Part shown: positions 28,640-32,000 of the stretch, in pieces
Layout: every line of letters begins with the position of its first letter
Numbering within the stretch: the first letter of the stretch is position 1
Assembly (NCBI RefSeq): GCF_000012285.1
Contig: NC_007181.1
Span: forward strand, 660,001-692,000
Direction: 5' to 3'
DNA length: 32,000 nucleotides
Source of the DNA: Sulfolobus acidocaldarius DSM 639
Lineage (GTDB): Archaea; Thermoproteota; Thermoprotei_A; Sulfolobales; Sulfolobaceae
Made by a program: the position numbers and the translations under genes
Notes under the pieces: model-generated
What the model was told of the DNA's origin: nothing
The model's database searches: none
The model's input: only the letters and a program-made list of their open reading frames with translations

Positions 28640-29038
28640 TTAATAAATGAATTTTAGTATTAAGCCCCTGATTTTTGATATTGTTTCGATATCTTTGTCT
28701 ATATTCTGATCAGTAGAAGCACTTCTTTCTTTAAGTGTTCTCAGGACATTTTCTTCGTCCTCAAGACCTACTACATAGAAGTAATTTATTAAGCCTAGAG
28801 CTTCCTCTTTTAGCTTAGTGTCTTTAACATTTTCCACATAATTTGAAATGGTTTCTATTCCTTGAAGGATTTCCTTCCTTGTCCTCCTTAGCCTCCTTAT
28901 AAGGACATCTATTTTTTCTGTGTCCAGTTCTGGTATCTGGGCATAATTTTCTAATTTATCTAATGTGTTGTTATGTTCTTCTATTACTCTCTCGAAATAC
29001 AGTAATACTCTTCCAACTTCAATATCGCTTTGGCTCAT
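28640..29038 (-). CDS. hypothetical helical protein
   Basis: 132-aa ORF whose ATG overlaps the upstream gene's TGA (ATGA). It has helix-forming composition and no family I can name. YFERVIEEH weakly recalls the PhoU ERIgDH motif. Confidence 0.5.
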   Translation of the reverse strand: MSQSDIEVGRVLLYFERVIEEHNNTLDKLENYAQIPELDTEKIDVLIRRLRRTRKEILQGIETISNYVENVKDTKLKEEALGLINYFYVVGLEDEENVLRTLKERSASTDQNIDKDIETISKIRGLILKFIY

Positions 29039-29403
29039 TTAGATGACCTCACACTTACTGTACTATTATCCTCTAATCCCAATTTCAGCATATCCTCACT
29101 ATTACTCCAAATCTCTGTGGCTGGAACATTATCTTGAACAATTATCTTGAACTTATTTCTTCTTCCTTTAACAGAAATCTCTATTTCATCTTTAGCGTTT
29201 ATTTCGTTTGCTAACTTTGACGATATAATAACTGTTCCAGCATCAACCTCAGTCTTCTTTCTAATTTTTACTCTTTTTTCCTTTACTTCAGTCTTCTCTT
29301 TTCTTAATGAAGATGCAGGAGGAATTATATTCACAAGCGACTTTATATCTACTTTCTTATTTTTCTCCTCTACTTCCTCCTTATCAGTGTCTTCCTTACT
29401 CAT
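29035..29403 (-). CDS. small protein with a Lys/Glu-rich N-terminus and a C-terminal Cdc48-N/VAT-Nn-like (double-psi or AbrB-like) beta-barrel
   Basis: [63 protein letters not shown] shows the two-repeat pattern (..lg...gD.veI.Gk ... i......r.lG...g..V.Vr) seen in the Cdc48 N domain encoded in this window. Confidence 0.55.
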   Translation of the reverse strand: MSKEDTDKEEVEEKNKKVDIKSLVNIIPPASSLRKEKTEVKEKRVKIRKKTEVDAGTVIISSKLANEINAKDEIEISVKGRRNKFKIIVQDNVPATEIWSNSEDMLKLGLEDNSTVSVRSSK

Positions 29404-31120
29404 TGTTACTAACTAATTTGCCTAGCTTATTAAAATCTTCACCTTTAAATAACCTATCTAATACGTTCATTAGGTCAGTTATATTTACCCTTATCTGTTG
29501 CCAACTATCCCTATCTCTTATTGTTACAGTATTATCAGTCAATGTCATAGGATCTACGGTAATTGAGTAGGGCACACCGATTTCATCAACTCTGGCGTAT
29601 CTTTTTCCGATACTACCACTGTCATCGAAGATTATATCGTATCTTTCCTTTAACGAATCGTAAATTTCTCTGGCTTTCTTTATCAGTTCATCCTTTTCAA
29701 GAAGCGGAAATATAGCTATATCATATGGTGAAAGTCTCTTTGGAAGTGAAAGTATAATCCTACCATCTTTTTCCATATAGGAGTTAAGGAGTGTTAGATA
29801 AAGGCATCTCTCGACACCAAATGAAGGTTCAATAACATGAGGGATAACACGTTCACCGCTGATTTTCTCTTCCCTTTCAACTATTTTCACATACATATCT
29901 ATGTCTTTACCTAGAACTTTCTCCTTATTGAGGATCATTCTTTCTATTTCTTCAACGGTTTTAGTATTTATTATTTCCATGATTGTTTTACTAAAATCTC
30001 TTCCTTCTTTTGTAACTAAGTCCTTGTTTAATATTAATGTTTTCTTCTTAACAATTTTAGGTGTATCAAATTTTTTGAAAATACTCAAATCTTGTCCACT
30101 ATAGGCTGAATGTCTTGATAAGTCATAATCAGATCTATATGCATGACCCGAGATTTCAACTTTTACGTTATCGATAACTACTATCTGGTCAAAGGTTTGT
30201 TTGGAATAATGCGCTCTTTCATGTGGTAGTTTTTCCTCAAAGTAGAATGACGAAATGCCTAGTGAATTGACAAAATTTGAAGCAATACCCATCCAATAAG
30301 CCATCCATTTGTTGATAACTATTTTCTCATTAACTATTTCACTGAACTTGTATTTTGTATATTTCTCTTCGCCTCTTGCTTTGTCGTCTCCTCTGAGAAT
30401 GTTAATCTCTAGATCGTATAATCTATCTAAGGGAGGTTCTACGTCTGAATTTGGGTCAAAGAAGAATTCAACTTCCATTATAGTAAATTCTCTCATTCTT
30501 ATGAGTCCTTGTCGGGGGGAGATCTCATTTCTACCTACTTTTCCGATTTGTGCAATACCTATTGGTAACTTCTGTCTAAATGCTTCATATACTCTCTTAA
30601 ACGATGTAAACATTCCTTGAGCTGTTTCTGGTCTTAAAAATGCTTTATTTGTGGAATAAGGACCTATTCTGGTTTCAAATAATAAGTTGAATAGTCTGAC
30701 TTCTCCGAGCTCTCCACCACATTTAGGACATTTTATTCCTTTCTCTCTAATTATTTTGTCTAACTCAGAAGGAGGAAGACCTTCAGTTGTGACCTTGGCT
30801 ATTTCTTCCACCAAATGATCTGCTCTATATACATTATGGCATGAATTACATTCAACCACTGGATCAGTGAAATTATCCACATGACCACTGGCTTCTAGTA
30901 CTTTATACGGCGTTAAAGCTGGTGTATCTATTTCTACAACAAAGTCAGAATTGTCTTTGATAAAATGCTTTCTCCAAAGGTCTACTATCTTATTTTTTAT
31001 TCTAACCCCTATAGGACCTATGTCATATAGTCCGGCTACGCCTCCATATATCTCATATGAAGGCCAAAAAATTCCTCTTCTTCTGGCAAGCTCGATAACC
31101 TTTGTTTGTAGATCAGCCAT
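29396..31120 (-). CDS. glyS: glycine--tRNA ligase (class II, archaeal/eukaryotic alpha2 type)
   Basis: [46 protein letters not shown] and IEPSFGVER, plus a C-terminal anticodon-binding domain. Length is 574 aa. Confidence 0.95.
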   Translation of the reverse strand: MADLQTKVIELARRRGIFWPSYEIYGGVAGLYDIGPIGVRIKNKIVDLWRKHFIKDNSDFVVEIDTPALTPYKVLEASGHVDNFTDPVVECNSCHNVYRADHLVEEIAKVTTEGLPPSELDKIIREKGIKCPKCGGELGEVRLFNLLFETRIGPYSTNKAFLRPETAQGMFTSFKRVYEAFRQKLPIGIAQIGKVGRNEISPRQGLIRMREFTIMEVEFFFDPNSDVEPPLDRLYDLEINILRGDDKARGEEKYTKYKFSEIVNEKIVINKWMAYWMGIASNFVNSLGISSFYFEEKLPHERAHYSKQTFDQIVVIDNVKVEISGHAYRSDYDLSRHSAYSGQDLSIFKKFDTPKIVKKKTLILNKDLVTKEGRDFSKTIMEIINTKTVEEIERMILNKEKVLGKDIDMYVKIVEREEKISGERVIPHVIEPSFGVERCLYLTLLNSYMEKDGRIILSLPKRLSPYDIAIFPLLEKDELIKKAREIYDSLKERYDIIFDDSGSIGKRYARVDEIGVPYSITVDPMTLTDNTVTIRDRDSWQQIRVNITDLMNVLDRLFKGEDFNKLGKLVSNNE

Positions 31121-31132
31121 ACAAGATTAAGC

Positions 31133-31140
31133 ATATTAAA
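31133..31140 (+). promoter_or_regulatory. TATA-like box for speB
   Basis: ATATTAAA, centred about 25 nt upstream of the ATG at 31161. Confidence 0.3.
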
Positions 31141-31143
31141 GAG

Positions 31144-31152
31144 GATAAAAAA
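31144..31152 (-). promoter_or_regulatory. TATA-like box for glyS
   Basis: The minus strand reads TTTTTTATC, centred about 28 nt upstream of the glyS ATG (31120). Confidence 0.3.
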
Positions 31153-31160
31153 CTTCTATT

Positions 31161-32000
31161 ATGGTCGATTCAAGGCTTTTGTACCTCAACGAGAGTTCAA
31201 GGCAGTTTGCAGGTTTCAATAAAACTACATCTCCTTTTGTAATAGTAGGAATACCACTAGATATTACAAGCAGTTTTAGACCAGGCTCCAGATTCGCTCC
31301 CTCAGTAATCAGAGAAGTTGCACAATATATAGAATTTTATTCCATGAGAACTGGAATAGATATGGGTGAAATAGGATTTAGTGATGTAGGAGACATTGTT
31401 ATGCATCCATCAAATGTAGAAGAAAATATAAAACGCATAAAAGACGTAGTTTCTTACTTCTCCGAGAAGGGGAAAATTGTTGTAAGTATAGGTGGAGAGC
31501 ATAGTATAACAGTGGGTACAACTGAAGGAACAAATGCAGATTGTGTATTGAGCATTGATGCTCATCTAGATCTTAGGGACGAATATATGGGTTATAAGTA
31601 CGATCATGCTTGTGTAATGAGAAGGATTTCTGAAAGGGGAGTAAAGATTATTGAGCTAGGTACCAGAGCAGTATCTAAGGAGGAACTCGAATATGCAAAC
31701 CAAAAGGGTATAATGTATCTAAATCCTCGGCAAGTCAATTTATTAGGAATTAGAGGCACTGCTGAAAAGGTAAAAAGGGGATTAGCGGAATGTAAGAGGA
31801 TATACTTAACTTATGATATGGACGGAATAGATCCTGCATACGCTCCAGGAGTGGCAACTCCAGAGCCCGAAGGATTAGATCCTACTACAGTTCTAGAAAT
31901 AGTTAATATGGTTACGGATAAAAGAATTGTTGGGTTTGATGTGGTGGAAATATCGCCACCTCACGACCCATCCAACATAACTAGTGTCTTAGCATCTAGA
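31161..32000 (+). CDS. speB: agmatinase / ureohydrolase family protein, C-terminally truncated by the window edge
   Basis: Hand translation from the ATG at 31161 is open to 32000: ...[10 protein letters not shown]...[10 protein letters not shown]...[20 protein letters not shown]. These are the Mn-binding motifs of the arginase fold. Confidence 0.85.
   Translation, partial: MVDSRLLYLNESSRQFAGFNKTTSPFVIVGIPLDITSSFRPGSRFAPSVIREVAQYIEFYSMRTGIDMGEIGFSDVGDIVMHPSNVEENIKRIKDVVSYFSEKGKIVVSIGGEHSITVGTTEGTNADCVLSIDAHLDLRDEYMGYKYDHACVMRRISERGVKIIELGTRAVSKEELEYANQKGIMYLNPRQVNLLGIRGTAEKVKRGLAECKRIYLTYDMDGIDPAYAPGVATPEPEGLDPTTVLEIVNMVTDKRIVGFDVVEISPPHDPSNITSVLASR

Noticed and set aside
29147-30620. ORFs 29147..29416(+), 29307..29570(+), 29901..30104(+) and 30309..30620(+).
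   Set aside because: They are antisense to ORF122 and glyS, with Ser/Leu/Phe-rich translations.
1-32000. CRISPR arrays, long direct or inverted repeats, IS elements, integrases, and rRNA or tRNA genes.
   Set aside because: Reading both strands by eye, I found no repeat-spacer periodicity, no transposase- or integrase-like ORF and no long GC-rich structured segment. A computational repeat and tRNA scan would be needed to exclude small elements.

Overview
This 32 kb window reads as a densely packed, AT-rich core-genome segment of a crenarchaeon of the order Sulfolobales. From memory, gene content and order resemble the Sulfolobus PCNA3 / aIF2-gamma / reverse gyrase / Cdc48 / EndA neighbourhood, and it looks most like S. 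acidocaldarius; I have not verified this. About 43 protein genes cover roughly 95% of the sequence. Many use TTG or GTG starts, many are joined by 4-30 nt overlaps, and most appear to be leaderless with a TATA-like box about 25 nt upstream.

Recognisable products:
- Translation: ribosomal proteins uS15, S6e, S25e, S24e and S27ae; aIF2-gamma; GlyRS.
- Transcription: Rpo7/RpoE' and Spt4.
- Replication and topology: PCNA and reverse gyrase.
- Protein quality control: Cdc48/VAT.
- tRNA maturation: EndA, TrmI and Kae1 + Bud32.
- Cofactor and amino-acid metabolism: CbiA, CbiX, a two-gene MetE, Thi4, UbiX, DUF359 dephospho-CoA kinase, ApgM and agmatinase.

I saw no rRNA, tRNA, CRISPR array, transposase, integrase or obvious defence island. 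This is an ordinary housekeeping region rather than an accessory island, and I found no convincing new multi-gene system.

Observations worth a second look:
1. The reverse gyrase gene is broken by a single-nucleotide frameshift inside the helicase domain.
2. An insertion of about 100 aa in S6e looks homologous to a small stand-alone protein in the GlyRS-EndA operon and to the Cdc48 N-domain fold.
3. An uncharacterised three-gene cassette (beta-barrel protein, helical protein, DUF47/PhoU-like protein) sits between glyS and endA.
4. A nitrilase-superfamily protein co-oriented with reverse gyrase has lost the catalytic Glu and Cys.
5. A TRASH zinc-finger ORF overlaps a ubiX gene that has no start codon near its conserved N-terminus.
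6. There are two candidate C/D-box sRNAs.
7. An unlisted 50-aa RHH gene is hidden by an antisense ORF call.
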